From NCBI GenBank assembly GCA_964513375.1, contig CAZEMO010000006.1, positions 7,567-71,566 of the forward strand: a stretch of 64,000 nt of DNA, in the 5' to 3' direction. This document shows positions 48,034 through 58,324 of this stretch, in pieces. The position numbers and the translations under genes were made by a program. Every line of letters begins with the position of its first letter. Positions within the stretch are counted from its first letter, which is position 1. The stretch is from an uncultured Bacteriovoracaceae bacterium (lineage in GTDB: Bacteria > Desulfobacterota > Desulfomonilia > UBA1062). The notes below the pieces were generated by a model. That model searched no databases. It had not been told where the DNA came from and saw nothing but the letters and a program-made list of their open reading frames with translations.

Positions 48034-50214
48034 TTATTTCTTTCCTTTGATTTCTTCACCCGGACGGTATTCCTTCTCCAGATGCTGACGTATCTCGGAC
48101 TCATCCCGCCACACGGGTTTCAGCTGACACTTTACGAAAAGAGGCGACTGATCCGCATAATGCGGCGATGATTCATCCAGTGTGGCGCTTCCATACTGGT
48201 GAATGCTGTTGGAGTGCACCAGTCCGTTTTTGTCCCAGCCGACCATGAGGATATAGGAGTCGCCTTCCGCTCCCTTGAGGCGTCCGTCTTTCTGCAGGTT
48301 GCCGTCCACTGCATGCAGCACGTCAGGGCCGCCGCCGAGGCCGAGATCGACATGTCCCCTTATGAGCCGGTTGACCTGATCCCACCTGACATCCACACTG
48401 CCGAAGTTCTTTTTGAGCGTTGAAGCAGCCTTTTCGAATCCCGCCCGCATCTTTTCATCCGTGACATCCTTAACTTCAGGCTTTTCCCTTATGGCAAGGA
48501 TGTTCATATAGCTCAGAACCGCCAGTGCAGCCCCACGGCTCTCAGGATTTGTCTCAAGATTCCAGGCCCGCAGAATGTCCCTGGCATTCCTGAGAGTCTT
48601 ATCATCAGGTTCGGGAAGGGCAAGGATACGGCTTACCATCCCGGCCATCTTGGACTGAGGTGCATAGGTCATATCGTATTTGTATGTGTAAAAGGCCTTC
48701 TCGGTGATCGAAGGATCGCCGCCCAAGAGAACAAGCGCCCTCATGGCGCGGTTTGTCATGCGGTTCTCGATGCCGAATTCCGGGGCGTAATCTTCTCTCC
48801 TGGGATTCTCAGGGTCAAGGGTCGTATGAAAAGGTGTATTGTTGCAGTTCATGACAAAACCGGAGGCCGGATTTTTAACCTGCGGGAGTTTGTCATAGGG
48901 CAGATACCCGGTCCACAGCGTTTGCGAGGTGTTGCCGGGCACGGCCTTTTTCCAGTCGAAACCCTTGGCCCTCAGCGGCAGCAGCGCCTGATAGTGGTAC
49001 AGGATGTTTCCCTCATTATCGGCATAGGTACAGTTGAACATGGGCAGTGTTGCCATGCGTACTGCCTGTTCCCAATGTTCCATTGTATGGGCTTTGTTCA
49101 TCCGGTACCACTGCTCCACCTGGCGGATATCACCCATGCCTGCCCAGCGGATGGCATAGACCCCGTGCGGTCTGCGGACTACCGGGCCATAGACGGACCA
49201 GCAGACCTCCATGTTGACTGTCCAGTGGATCGGGCCCAGCAGCTTTACGCGGATGGGGGCCTTGCGTACCTCCAGGTCGCGCCACTGACCGTCTAAGCGA
49301 TACTGGTTTGGGTTATCGGGATTAATCTCAAGGACATAGGTATCCACAAGGTCGGGATAGTTGTTCGTATGCGCCCAGCCCAGATATTCATTATGGCCGT
49401 GAAAAACAACAGGAGAGCCGGGGAATATCCCGCCGGTCATGTTCCATCCCTCATCGCTGTGTACCTGAACCTCATACCAGGTTACAGGCCCTTCCCAGGG
49501 CTGGTGCGAATTGATTGCCAAAAGAGTATTTCCGTCGGCAGCCCGTCTGGGGGAAACCGCGAATGCATTAGAACCGGCCCTGAGGCCAAACAGCGAAAAA
49601 TCCTCGTTTTTGAATGAAGAAGCGATCATCTCGTCAGCGCGGGAAACGGCCGGACCTTTCTTGTTTGAGAAAAGCCCCTCCAGCACCTTGTCGGCGCCCA
49701 CCATAAGCGGCATCTTATGGACAAATCCTGCCACGATATGCTTGCCGTTTATCGGCGGGAGGCCTGGTAGAACCTCATCCGGATGCAGGGCTGCATAATA
49801 GTTGACGCCGTCGGCATATGCTTCGCAAAGGGCACGCGTTTCGGGGCTCAGGTCTGTCTCGTATCTTGCGTTGACGGTATCCCATAACCGCATGAGCTGT
49901 ACCAGATAATCGTTTCCCGCCCACTTTTTCCCGGCAACTGTTGCCAGCTTGCCGTTCACAGCCATCAGCACCAGCTGGCTGGTCTTGAAATCATCTTCTG
50001 ATTGCGCATAGGCAAGGCCGAAAGCTGCATCTGTATCTTTCTTGCCGAATATGTGCGGCACTCCCCAGCTATCGCGCAAAATTCGCACATCGTATTTCGA
50101 AGCTGTAATGGTCGGACCAGGCTGCGCGGCGTTGACCGTAAAAGTAAAAATCAAGCTCAGGGTAATTATGAAAATGACGGAAATGCAGCAACATGAATTG
50201 ATTTTCCTATACAT
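48034..50214 (-). CDS. Penicillin acylase family Ntn-hydrolase, exported
   Basis: Signal peptide; RDSWGVPHI, GSNAFAV (catalytic Ser), NSHQPW, WAHTNN. Confidence 0.92.
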   Translation of the reverse strand: MYRKINSCCCISVIFIITLSLIFTFTVNAAQPGPTITASKYDVRILRDSWGVPHIFGKKDTDAAFGLAYAQSEDDFKTSQLVLMAVNGKLATVAGKKWAGNDYLVQLMRLWDTVNARYETDLSPETRALCEAYADGVNYYAALHPDEVLPGLPPINGKHIVAGFVHKMPLMVGADKVLEGLFSNKKGPAVSRADEMIASSFKNEDFSLFGLRAGSNAFAVSPRRAADGNTLLAINSHQPWEGPVTWYEVQVHSDEGWNMTGGIFPGSPVVFHGHNEYLGWAHTNNYPDLVDTYVLEINPDNPNQYRLDGQWRDLEVRKAPIRVKLLGPIHWTVNMEVCWSVYGPVVRRPHGVYAIRWAGMGDIRQVEQWYRMNKAHTMEHWEQAVRMATLPMFNCTYADNEGNILYHYQALLPLRAKGFDWKKAVPGNTSQTLWTGYLPYDKLPQVKNPASGFVMNCNNTPFHTTLDPENPRREDYAPEFGIENRMTNRAMRALVLLGGDPSITEKAFYTYKYDMTYAPQSKMAGMVSRILALPEPDDKTLRNARDILRAWNLETNPESRGAALAVLSYMNILAIREKPEVKDVTDEKMRAGFEKAASTLKKNFGSVDVRWDQVNRLIRGHVDLGLGGGPDVLHAVDGNLQKDGRLKGAEGDSYILMVGWDKNGLVHSNSIHQYGSATLDESSPHYADQSPLFVKCQLKPVWRDESEIRQHLEKEYRPGEEIKGKK

Positions 50215-50276
50215 ATCCCCTCCATGAAATTAAGTCCAATCGAAAAAGGTATGTAAAATTATGTCGGTCTATTTAT

Positions 50277-50489
50277 TTATGATTTCTTTTTTCCCAGCAG
50301 GTAGCCGAAGCCCAGACCTATTATAAAGGTACCTGAAACGATTATCCATTTGGGTCCTGAAAAGAGTGTCCAGATGAGAAATTGAAAGGATGTCTGCTCG
50401 AAGTTCTGGAGTATGAAAATGATTCCGAACAGGACAATAATGCCTATTATTATCCATTTCGAGTTTGATTTTATCCCGTCAATATCCAT
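50277..50489 (-). CDS. LapA/DUF1049-like small membrane protein
   Basis: Two TM helices with FILQN motif. Confidence 0.7.
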   Translation of the reverse strand: MDIDGIKSNSKWIIIGIIVLFGIIFILQNFEQTSFQFLIWTLFSGPKWIIVSGTFIIGLGFGYLLGKKKS

Positions 50490-50572
50490 TTTTTAAAGAC
50501 TCCGAGTTGAATAGATGAAAGAATATTGCATGTGCGGGCTAGAAGTGTCAACAGACTTTAGACCTGAAAAAT

Positions 50573-50604
50573 AAAAAATCCCGCCTGAATAAAGGCGGGA
50601 TTTT
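50573..50604 (-). terminator. Intrinsic terminator after rpsT
   Basis: AAAATCCCGCCT-gaataa-AGGCGGGATTTT with A-run on the left. Confidence 0.75.
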
Positions 50605-50621
50605 GAAGACGGCAGGATGTT

Positions 50622-50894
50622 TTATGCTTGTGTTGAGCTTTCGTTGAATTTCTTTGTAAGCCTTGATATCTTGCGTGATACTGTGTTTCTATTCAACACG
50701 CCTTTGTTCACGGCGCTGTCAAGTTTTGCGACCGCTGTCTTGAATGTGGACCTTGCTTCATCGGTGTTCTTTTCTTCAAGCAGGGTGAATGCCTTCTTTA
50801 TGGTTGTATTGATAGTGGACTTGGTGCTCTTATTATTTATACGCCTTTTTTCGCTCTGCTTAACCCTTTTTAATGCAGACGGATTGTTTGCCAT
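50622..50894 (-). CDS. rpsT: 30S ribosomal protein S20
   Basis: MANNPSALKRVKQSEKRR...KGVLNRNTVSRKISRL. Confidence 0.97.
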   Translation of the reverse strand: MANNPSALKRVKQSEKRRINNKSTKSTINTTIKKAFTLLEEKNTDEARSTFKTAVAKLDSAVNKGVLNRNTVSRKISRLTKKFNESSTQA

Positions 50895-50995
50895 ATCTTT
50901 ATATATCCTCCTAAGTATTCTCGCTGTGAGCTAAAACCTAATATATAGGGCTTAATTATATGTCAAGGTTTTTATAGCGCTGGCCTCAAATCGGC

Positions 50996-51065
50996 AAAAA
51001 AAATGCAGGTCCTTGGCGACCTGCAACATATGAGGAGGTTCTACGGGGAATGAACCTTGAAGAAC
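50996..51065 (-). ncRNA. Candidate ~70 nt sRNA
   Basis: TATAAT (51076-51071); hairpin AGGTTC-attccccgta-GAACCT; ACCTCCT (51039-51033); terminator TGCAGGTC/GACCTGCA plus T8. Confidence 0.45.
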
Positions 51066-51162
51066 CTGATATTATATATCGGTACGATTTAAAAAACACT
51101 TAACAGTTTTTTTTATTTTTTTTAAAATATTTTTTATTTTCTTTTTTTGATATATTATTCCA

Positions 51163-52440
51163 ATGAGGAAATCCGCTCAGCCACTTGCTTTCAGGATAAG
51201 GCCAATCAGCCTTGAAAACCTCATCGGGCAGACCCAGGCAAAGAAATATATTACAGACTTTCAAAAAGGCGCCGCCAAGTCCGCAATATTATGGGGGCCT
51301 CCGGGCAGCGGTAAAACTACTGTCGCATCGATTATCAATAATCTGTTCCCGGAAAGGTTCAATTCCCTCAGCGCCGTAACAAGCGGTCTGCAGGAGTTGA
51401 GGAAGGTAACGGGCGACGCCGACAATAAAGCCGAAACACCTATTGTTTTCATTGATGAAATACACCGCTACAACAAGGCCCAGCAGGATGCGCTTTTACC
51501 CCATGTGGAGAGCGGCAGGATAATATTCATCGGCGCAACTACTGAAAATCCTTCTTTTTCTATAATCTCCCCGCTACTTTCGCGGGCGAGGGTCGTTGTG
51601 CTGAAATCACTCTCAGCCAGAGAAATCCTTGCAATTCTGGAAAGGGCGCTTACTGATGATTCGCTGAAAGCCCAGAAAAAAGAGATAGAACCGGATGCTC
51701 TTTCTTCTATCGCCGCAGCGGCAGACGGGGATGCGAGGGCTGCTCTCAATCTTCTTGAATATATAATTACCAGATCGGAGGATTCAGTCATCAGAAAGGC
51801 TGATCTGGCCGGGCTTCTTGAAAGGCCGCTTTATCATGACAGGATGGGAGAGTATCACTACGACCTTATAAGCGCATTTCATAAATGTATTCGGGCCTCC
51901 GATGTAGATGCCAGTGTTTACTGGCTTGCAAGGATGATGGAGGCCGGAGAGGACAGGCTTTATATCCTCAGGCGCATGATCCGCATGGCATCCGAAGACA
52001 TCGGTATGGCCGACCCCAACGCTCTGCGCATGGTTATGGCTGCAAGGGATGCATTCACATCGGTGGGTATGCCGGAAGCAGATATCGCCCTTTATCAGGT
52101 TGCGGTTTACCTGGCTCTGGCGCCTAAGAGCAATGCCCTTTATATTATGGAAATGAGGGCAAAAAAACTGATAGCAAAAACAGGAACACCGCCTGTCCCC
52201 CTTGCCATAAGAAATGCGCCTACAAAACTCATGCAGGAACTCGGCTATGCAAAAGGCTATGCATATGCACCTGATGATCCTGTTGGTGCACTTCAGATGG
52301 AATATATGCCGGAGGGTCTTGAAGGGACAAAACTATATAACCCGGGAAACGAGGGTTTTGAAAAAAGGCTCAAGGAGATAATCGATGCTAGAAACAAGGC
52401 TAAGAGAGCTGCATCAGGACAGACTCGCAGACCTGATTAA
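51163..52440 (+). CDS. rarA: Replication-associated recombination protein A
   Basis: WGPPGSGKTT, FIDEIHRYNKAQQDALLP, GATTENPSF, ASEDIGMADP. Confidence 0.96.
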   Translation: MRKSAQPLAFRIRPISLENLIGQTQAKKYITDFQKGAAKSAILWGPPGSGKTTVASIINNLFPERFNSLSAVTSGLQELRKVTGDADNKAETPIVFIDEIHRYNKAQQDALLPHVESGRIIFIGATTENPSFSIISPLLSRARVVVLKSLSAREILAILERALTDDSLKAQKKEIEPDALSSIAAAADGDARAALNLLEYIITRSEDSVIRKADLAGLLERPLYHDRMGEYHYDLISAFHKCIRASDVDASVYWLARMMEAGEDRLYILRRMIRMASEDIGMADPNALRMVMAARDAFTSVGMPEADIALYQVAVYLALAPKSNALYIMEMRAKKLIAKTGTPPVPLAIRNAPTKLMQELGYAKGYAYAPDDPVGALQMEYMPEGLEGTKLYNPGNEGFEKRLKEIIDARNKAKRAASGQTRRPD

Positions 52441-53743
52441 AAAAGGCGCCCCTTACGTTAGAAAGGATCAGATCGAGGCTGACCTGGAGGCGTTTGACCC
52501 TCAAGTGGTGAAGGATCTGATTAACGGAGTGAACATGTATAAACCGCTTGAGGGCGCAATCGAACCTGTCGAGATCATACCCGCCGGATTTGCATTAACA
52601 GCTCAGGCAGTGCCTTACATTTCATCAGGTGAAAAGCTGATATCCGAAGGAAAAGTCGCTGTGGTTGTTGTTGCCGGCGGGCAGGGTTCGCGTCTCGGAG
52701 TTTCCATTCCCAAGGGCACTGTCGAGGTAAGCCCGGTAATGCACAAGAGCCTGTTTCAGATTCATTCGGAAAAAATCCTTGCCCTTAAGAACAAGTATGG
52801 CTCCCCTGTACATTTTTTCATCATGACATCAAGGGTAAATGATAAGGATACAAAAGAATTTTTTATCCGGAACAATTATTTCGGCCTTAATGAAAACGAG
52901 GTCCATTTTTTCATCCAGGGCATGCTTCCGTCATTTACCGCCGAAGGCCAGTTTGTAATTTCGCAGACCGGAGGGCTTTTCATGAACCCGGACGGACACG
53001 GCGGGACATTCGCCGCTTTAAGGCGCAACGGATGCATCGACTTAATGAAAAACCTGGGTATTGAAGAACTCTTCTATTTCCAGGTGGACAACCCGCTTGT
53101 CAAGATATGCGACCCTCTCTTTGCAGGCCTTCATAGAGAAAAGTCGGCACAGATGTCTTCCAAGATACTCAAAAAAAGAAACCCCGAGGAAAAGGTCGGG
53201 GTGATTGCCAGAACAGGCGGCAGAACATGTGTGATCGAATACAGCGACATGCCTCAGGACCTGCTTTATGCAAATGATAAAAAAGGAGAGATGCTTTATT
53301 GGGCAGGCTCGATTGCCATACACATGATTAATGTGGCTTTTGCAGACAGGATCACCTCTGAGGGGCTTTCGGTTCCCTTTCACAGGGCCGTCAAAAAGAT
53401 TCAGACTCTCGATGAACAAGGCAGGCATCAGGAGATAAACGGGATCAAGTATGAGGGTTTTGTATTCGATGCGCTGCCTCTGACCAATGTATCGGTTACG
53501 CTGGAGATCAAGCGGGAGGATGAATTCGCTCCTGTTAAAAACGCCACAGGTGAAGACTCTCTTGAATCTGCAAAACAGATGCAGTCCGACCTGTACAGGT
53601 CATGGCTTGGAAGTGCAGGCATCAAAGTCCCCAGGGATACTATCATTGAAATAAGCCCCCTCTTCGCGCTTGATGCAGACGATGTAAAAAGGCGTGTTCC
53701 GGAAATTCCGGATATTGCAGGGCAAAAATTTTACATTGAATAA
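52385..53743 (+). CDS. UDP-sugar pyrophosphorylase (eukaryote-type UAP/UGPA family)
   Basis: VAGGQGSRLG..PKG, PDGHGG, YFQVDNPL, KYEGFVFD, FAPVKNA; AAGGAG SD supports start inside rarA. Confidence 0.88.
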   Translation: MLETRLRELHQDRLADLIKKGAPYVRKDQIEADLEAFDPQVVKDLINGVNMYKPLEGAIEPVEIIPAGFALTAQAVPYISSGEKLISEGKVAVVVVAGGQGSRLGVSIPKGTVEVSPVMHKSLFQIHSEKILALKNKYGSPVHFFIMTSRVNDKDTKEFFIRNNYFGLNENEVHFFIQGMLPSFTAEGQFVISQTGGLFMNPDGHGGTFAALRRNGCIDLMKNLGIEELFYFQVDNPLVKICDPLFAGLHREKSAQMSSKILKKRNPEEKVGVIARTGGRTCVIEYSDMPQDLLYANDKKGEMLYWAGSIAIHMINVAFADRITSEGLSVPFHRAVKKIQTLDEQGRHQEINGIKYEGFVFDALPLTNVSVTLEIKREDEFAPVKNATGEDSLESAKQMQSDLYRSWLGSAGIKVPRDTIIEISPLFALDADDVKRRVPEIPDIAGQKFYIE

Positions 53744-53755
53744 CCGGAGGCCTGA

Positions 53756-55921
53756 TTGAACCTTTTTGCCTTATTTGCCAGCTATCTGAAAAAAACGTAC
53801 TGGGGAATTATCATCTGGGTGGGTTCCCTGATGGTGCTCGGTTTTGTAGTAGTCTTCGCCATGCATTCGTTCAGGATAGTGGAAAGGGAGATGGCCGCCC
53901 AGTTCAACCGGGAGCAGGAGCTTCTGGCCGAGCAGATGTCAATGGGCATCCAGCAGTACATGAACGACATCATAAATGTGATGAGTCTGACCTCGCGCAT
54001 AGAACCGGTTGCGGAAGGTGACAGGGAAGAGGTTTCAATAGCCATGAAAAACGCCTACACGTCGCTCAGGAACAAGGTGAACTTCATATTCTGGGAAAAC
54101 GCCTCAGGGATCATGCAATCCCATTTCCCGTCCGATGTTCTGCCCGGGATTGACGGCATGGATTTCAGCTACCGCACCTATTTCAGGGTTGCCCGCCAGA
54201 TGAAGGTGCCCTATGTGTCGGATATTATTCTCGTTGGCGGCGAGGAGAACCGGAACATACCGGACAAGTTCGAAACTTTTCTCATAGTATTCCCTCTCCT
54301 GGGCCATGACAGGAAATTCAACGGCGTCATCGGCTGCGCCATCGATATCAAGAACATAACCGCACAGTATGTAGCAACTGTCAGGCCTTCAAAGACCGGT
54401 TATACCTGGCTGGTGGATGAAACTGGCATGCTCCTCTATCATCCCGATCCTTCCATGATAGGCATGAACATTCATGATGTCATATTGAAAATGAAAAACA
54501 GCGGAATCGCTGTTCAGGGCATAGAAGAAGTAAGACAGGAGATGGAGGTAAAAAACAGCGGAAGCGCTGAAATTGTTTTTCCACATTATCCCAACGGAGA
54601 GCTTACAAATAAGCTGCTTGCATTTTCTTCCGTTCATTTTCTGAACAGGAGGTGGGTCACAGTCGTGACTTCCCCTTACCGTGAGGTTGTGTACCTCATG
54701 CAGGGCACCTTCAAGAACACACTTACGCTCGGTTCCGTCAGCATAGCGTTCATCGTTATAGCCACCTTGTTCCTTTTGAGGATAAACAGGGCGCGCACAA
54801 AAGCGGACGAGCGCAACAGATGGGCGGATCAGGTGCTGACCGCGCATAAAAGACTTGAAACCATATTCAACGGCGTACCCCATTTTCTTGTGACTGTTGA
54901 CGACAGGATGGTCATCAAGGATGCAAACGAGAATTTCTGCGGCCTTTACAAAAAAGAACGCAGCAGGGTGACCGGCATGAACTGTATCGACGATTTCGAT
55001 GAAAAGCAGATATTCTGCCCCGAGGAGGTTATACAGGCCGCTTTTGATACCTCGGCAATCCAGACGCTGAGAGACAGGCTGATCGAGATCGATGGGGACA
55101 AGAGATATTTTGATATCAGTGCCATCCCCCTTGTCGGCATGTCCGGCAGTGTGGACCTTGTGGTCCAGTACGGCGTCGAGATAACCGAGAAAAAGGCGCT
55201 TACCGAAAAGCTCATTCAGGCGGAAAAGCTTGCCGCAGTTGGCCAGATATCGGCCCATATGGCCCATGAGATAAGGAACCCGCTCACATCGATCATGCTG
55301 CATTCCGAGCTTCTGGAGGATGAAGTAAAAGGCTGTCCCGGCGAGAATGTTGAAGCCCTGAGGCTGTTAAAGGTGGTCATAGACGAAATAGACAGGCTCT
55401 CAAACATTACCGAAGAATACCTTGCATATGCCAGGCTTCCCATGCCGAAAAAACAGGTGATCGAAGCGGACTCGATTGTTTCGTCGGTTCTCGAAATGAT
55501 GCTGCCCGAGATGAGCAGGAGAAACATCAATCTGAAATATGCCGCACCCGAGGTTTCTACAAAGATCAATATCGACAACGGGCAGTTCAGGCAGGTGCTT
55601 ATAAACCTCATCAAGAACGCCATCGATGCGATGCCGTCTGGTGGAGAAATCGAGGTGCAGATGATGGAAAGGGGCAAGCATCTTGTATTATTTATTAAGG
55701 ATACTGGCTCGGGAATTCCGAAAGATATAACGAGGCGCATATTCGATCCTTATTTTACGACAAAAGACAATGGCACAGGTTTGGGGCTGTATCTGGTTCA
55801 ATATATAGCCAATGCCCATGACGGGTGGGTGGATGTGGAAAGCCAGCGAGGTTCAGGCTCCACTTTCATGCTGACTCTGCCGGTTTATAGCGGAGAAATG
55901 GAGAAGAAAGATGTTCATTAA
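53756..55921 (+). CDS. Cache-domain sensor histidine kinase with PAS
   Basis: Two TM helices around dCache-like region; AHEIRNPL, NLIKNA, DTGSGI, GTGLGL. Confidence 0.93.
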   Translation: MNLFALFASYLKKTYWGIIIWVGSLMVLGFVVVFAMHSFRIVEREMAAQFNREQELLAEQMSMGIQQYMNDIINVMSLTSRIEPVAEGDREEVSIAMKNAYTSLRNKVNFIFWENASGIMQSHFPSDVLPGIDGMDFSYRTYFRVARQMKVPYVSDIILVGGEENRNIPDKFETFLIVFPLLGHDRKFNGVIGCAIDIKNITAQYVATVRPSKTGYTWLVDETGMLLYHPDPSMIGMNIHDVILKMKNSGIAVQGIEEVRQEMEVKNSGSAEIVFPHYPNGELTNKLLAFSSVHFLNRRWVTVVTSPYREVVYLMQGTFKNTLTLGSVSIAFIVIATLFLLRINRARTKADERNRWADQVLTAHKRLETIFNGVPHFLVTVDDRMVIKDANENFCGLYKKERSRVTGMNCIDDFDEKQIFCPEEVIQAAFDTSAIQTLRDRLIEIDGDKRYFDISAIPLVGMSGSVDLVVQYGVEITEKKALTEKLIQAEKLAAVGQISAHMAHEIRNPLTSIMLHSELLEDEVKGCPGENVEALRLLKVVIDEIDRLSNITEEYLAYARLPMPKKQVIEADSIVSSVLEMMLPEMSRRNINLKYAAPEVSTKINIDNGQFRQVLINLIKNAIDAMPSGGEIEVQMMERGKHLVLFIKDTGSGIPKDITRRIFDPYFTTKDNGTGLGLYLVQYIANAHDGWVDVESQRGSGSTFMLTLPVYSGEMEKKDVH

Positions 55922-56972
55922 AACTATAATCAGTCTGATGGTCATGCTCTTTGCCGCAACGGCGGTAATGGCGGACGGGTCAAAGGTGATTGCCGTGGTT
56001 CCCCCCGGTGCGGACGAAGTGTTTCTGATGTCACAGGGGACCGGTGAGATACTGGGTTTCATTCACAAAAAATACGATTCGAATATCAAAGGTATTCAAT
56101 CCCGCTACAACCTTCCGGAATTAAAAAGCCGGGCGGAAAAGGAACTTATTTCGAGCCGGTCCGACAACGAAGCGGTAAACATGAGAGTGAAAAGCATAAA
56201 GGATGAGTATATTTCAAAACTTAACATTAAAATAAATAAGGTGAAGTCCTTCATATCCCCGGAGACGTCTGCAACCGGGGAGATTGAGTTTACCTATACT
56301 GCCGTAAACAATTCTGACAAAATAATCGCCGACGTTGTTTACACCCCGATGATAGGAAAAATGCAGATACAGACATCGTCGAAACTGGTTCTTGATTTCG
56401 TTGACAGGGCTACGCTAAAGGCAGGTATCGCTCCCGGGAAAAGTTTGATTACGACGGAAGAGGACCCTGACAGATTTTCTTTCCTTCTTGGGCAAATGAA
56501 TAAAAACGATATTGCCTATGCCAGGGAAAATGCCCAAAAAGGATTGTCGCTTAAAATAATCGATATCCATTTCACCAACTCGATCGAATATAAGGATCAG
56601 AGCAAAGTGCTCAGTGTCGAAGAGGCATTTCAGGACAGATTGCAGGATATCCTGACCAGAACATCGAGCGAGAATATATCGGCGCAGGAAGATACGGTTA
56701 AATATAAAGAGGCCCAGAAGGAATTTGATGCTGCGAAATCGGCGGCTCTCCAGGAATTTACACGGGAGGCGGGGGAGCTGAAAAAATCGGCTGTCCGTTA
56801 TTCATCCAAGGCAAGTGATAAAGGCCGGGCGGTTTTTGAAGAAGTGGTGCCCGGTAACTATTTTATATACGCAGTCAAAGACGGACAGGCGGTTTTCAGG
56901 GAAATCTCGGTAGGTAATCGCAAACTGAAAGTCAAAGTTGAAGAACTCCAGAAGGACCCGTTCAAACCATGA
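55911..56972 (+). CDS. Exported hypothetical protein within the two-component operon
   Basis: Signal peptide; overlaps both neighbours' ends. Confidence 0.75.
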   Translation: MFIKTIISLMVMLFAATAVMADGSKVIAVVPPGADEVFLMSQGTGEILGFIHKKYDSNIKGIQSRYNLPELKSRAEKELISSRSDNEAVNMRVKSIKDEYISKLNIKINKVKSFISPETSATGEIEFTYTAVNNSDKIIADVVYTPMIGKMQIQTSSKLVLDFVDRATLKAGIAPGKSLITTEEDPDRFSFLLGQMNKNDIAYARENAQKGLSLKIIDIHFTNSIEYKDQSKVLSVEEAFQDRLQDILTRTSSENISAQEDTVKYKEAQKEFDAAKSAALQEFTREAGELKKSAVRYSSKASDKGRAVFEEVVPGNYFIYAVKDGQAVFREISVGNRKLKVKVEELQKDPFKP

Positions 56973-58324
56973 GCAGAAGAATACTCGTTGTCGATGATGA
57001 AGTGGGCATCAGGGAATCCCTGAAAGTAATACTGGAAAAGGAAGGTTATACAGTGGATACGGCCTCGAACGGAGAGGACGCCTTCAAGATAATCAGACCT
57101 GGCGGGATAGACCTTCTGATCACCGATATCAGGATGGCGGGAATGGACGGACTTGAACTCTTGAAGCTCTGCAAATCTGTCTCGCCGCATTCGGAAGTGA
57201 TAATGATAACAGGCTATGCGGCAGTGGATACTGCAGTGGAATCCATGAAGGAAGGGGCTTATGACTACATAACCAAGCCCTTCAAGAAGGCCGAAATATT
57301 AAAGGCCGTGAGCAAGGCGATAGAAAAACAGACACTGGCGCTGGATAATCTCAAGCTCAAGAAACAGGTCGAATCTCTTGAATCGGGCCTGATCGTAGGC
57401 GCCGAAAGCCGCGCCATGCAGGATGTAATCAATATCGTCAATCAGGCCGCTCCGAGCCAGGCCACCATCCTGATACTGGGAGAGACCGGAACGGGAAAAG
57501 AGGTCATAGCCAATATGATACACCGCCTATCGCCCAGGGCGGCCAGGCCCATGGTAAGGGTCAACTGTGCAGCCATCCCCGAGACTCTGATCGAAGCTGA
57601 ACTGTTCGGGCATGAAAAAGGTGCTTTCACGGGCGCCGAAGGCCGCAGGGAAGGCAGATTCGAATCAGCCGACAAGTCGACCATCTTTCTGGATGAAATA
57701 GGAGAGGTCCCTCAGCCGGTGCAGGTCAAGCTTCTGCGCATACTTCAGGAAGGCCAGTTCGAGAGGCTCGGAAGCAATAAAACAATTACTGTCGACGTCA
57801 GGATTATCGCTGCAACGAACAGGAAAATTGAGGAGATGGTCAGGGAAGGCCACTTCAGGGAAGACCTTTACTGGCGGCTCAATGTCATAACGATAAATCT
57901 TCCGCCTTTAAGAGAAAGGAAAGAAGACATACCGGCACTGGTGCATCATTTCCTTTCGCGCTATGCCATGAAGAACGGCAAGACCGTAAGCGGCATCGAG
58001 TCGAGGGCCATGGACACGCTCATGGAATACGCATGGCCGGGCAACGTCCGCGAGCTTGAAAACATCGTGGAAAGGAGCGTCGTGCTTGACAGGGACGGCG
58101 TGCTCGGCGAGGACGACCTGCCGCGCAATATGGCCTCGACAGGCATCGCCCAGACAAAGGAAATTCTCACATTCACGGTCGGCACCCCGCTGGAAGAGGT
58201 CGAACGCCAGCTCATGGAAGAGACGCTCAAATATACGAAAGGTGACAAGGCCATGGCCTCGCGCCTGCTGGGTGTGTCAACGAGAACGCTGTACAGAAAA
58301 TTCGACAAGACCGAGGATGAGTGA
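56969..58324 (+). CDS. Sigma-54-dependent response regulator (NtrC family)
   Basis: REC domain, GETGTGKE, GAFTGA, FLDEIGE, WPGNVREL, Fis-type HTH. Confidence 0.96.
   Translation: MSRRILVVDDEVGIRESLKVILEKEGYTVDTASNGEDAFKIIRPGGIDLLITDIRMAGMDGLELLKLCKSVSPHSEVIMITGYAAVDTAVESMKEGAYDYITKPFKKAEILKAVSKAIEKQTLALDNLKLKKQVESLESGLIVGAESRAMQDVINIVNQAAPSQATILILGETGTGKEVIANMIHRLSPRAARPMVRVNCAAIPETLIEAELFGHEKGAFTGAEGRREGRFESADKSTIFLDEIGEVPQPVQVKLLRILQEGQFERLGSNKTITVDVRIIAATNRKIEEMVREGHFREDLYWRLNVITINLPPLRERKEDIPALVHHFLSRYAMKNGKTVSGIESRAMDTLMEYAWPGNVRELENIVERSVVLDRDGVLGEDDLPRNMASTGIAQTKEILTFTVGTPLEEVERQLMEETLKYTKGDKAMASRLLGVSTRTLYRKFDKTEDE

Noticed and set aside
51105-51150. Long T-rich tract upstream of rarA
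   Set aside because: Consistent with an ordinary AT-rich promoter region; no further structure.
52385-52440. 56-bp overlap of rarA and the pyrophosphorylase gene as a recoding signal
   Set aside because: A normal AAGGAG SD precedes the internal ATG; simple overlap explains it.
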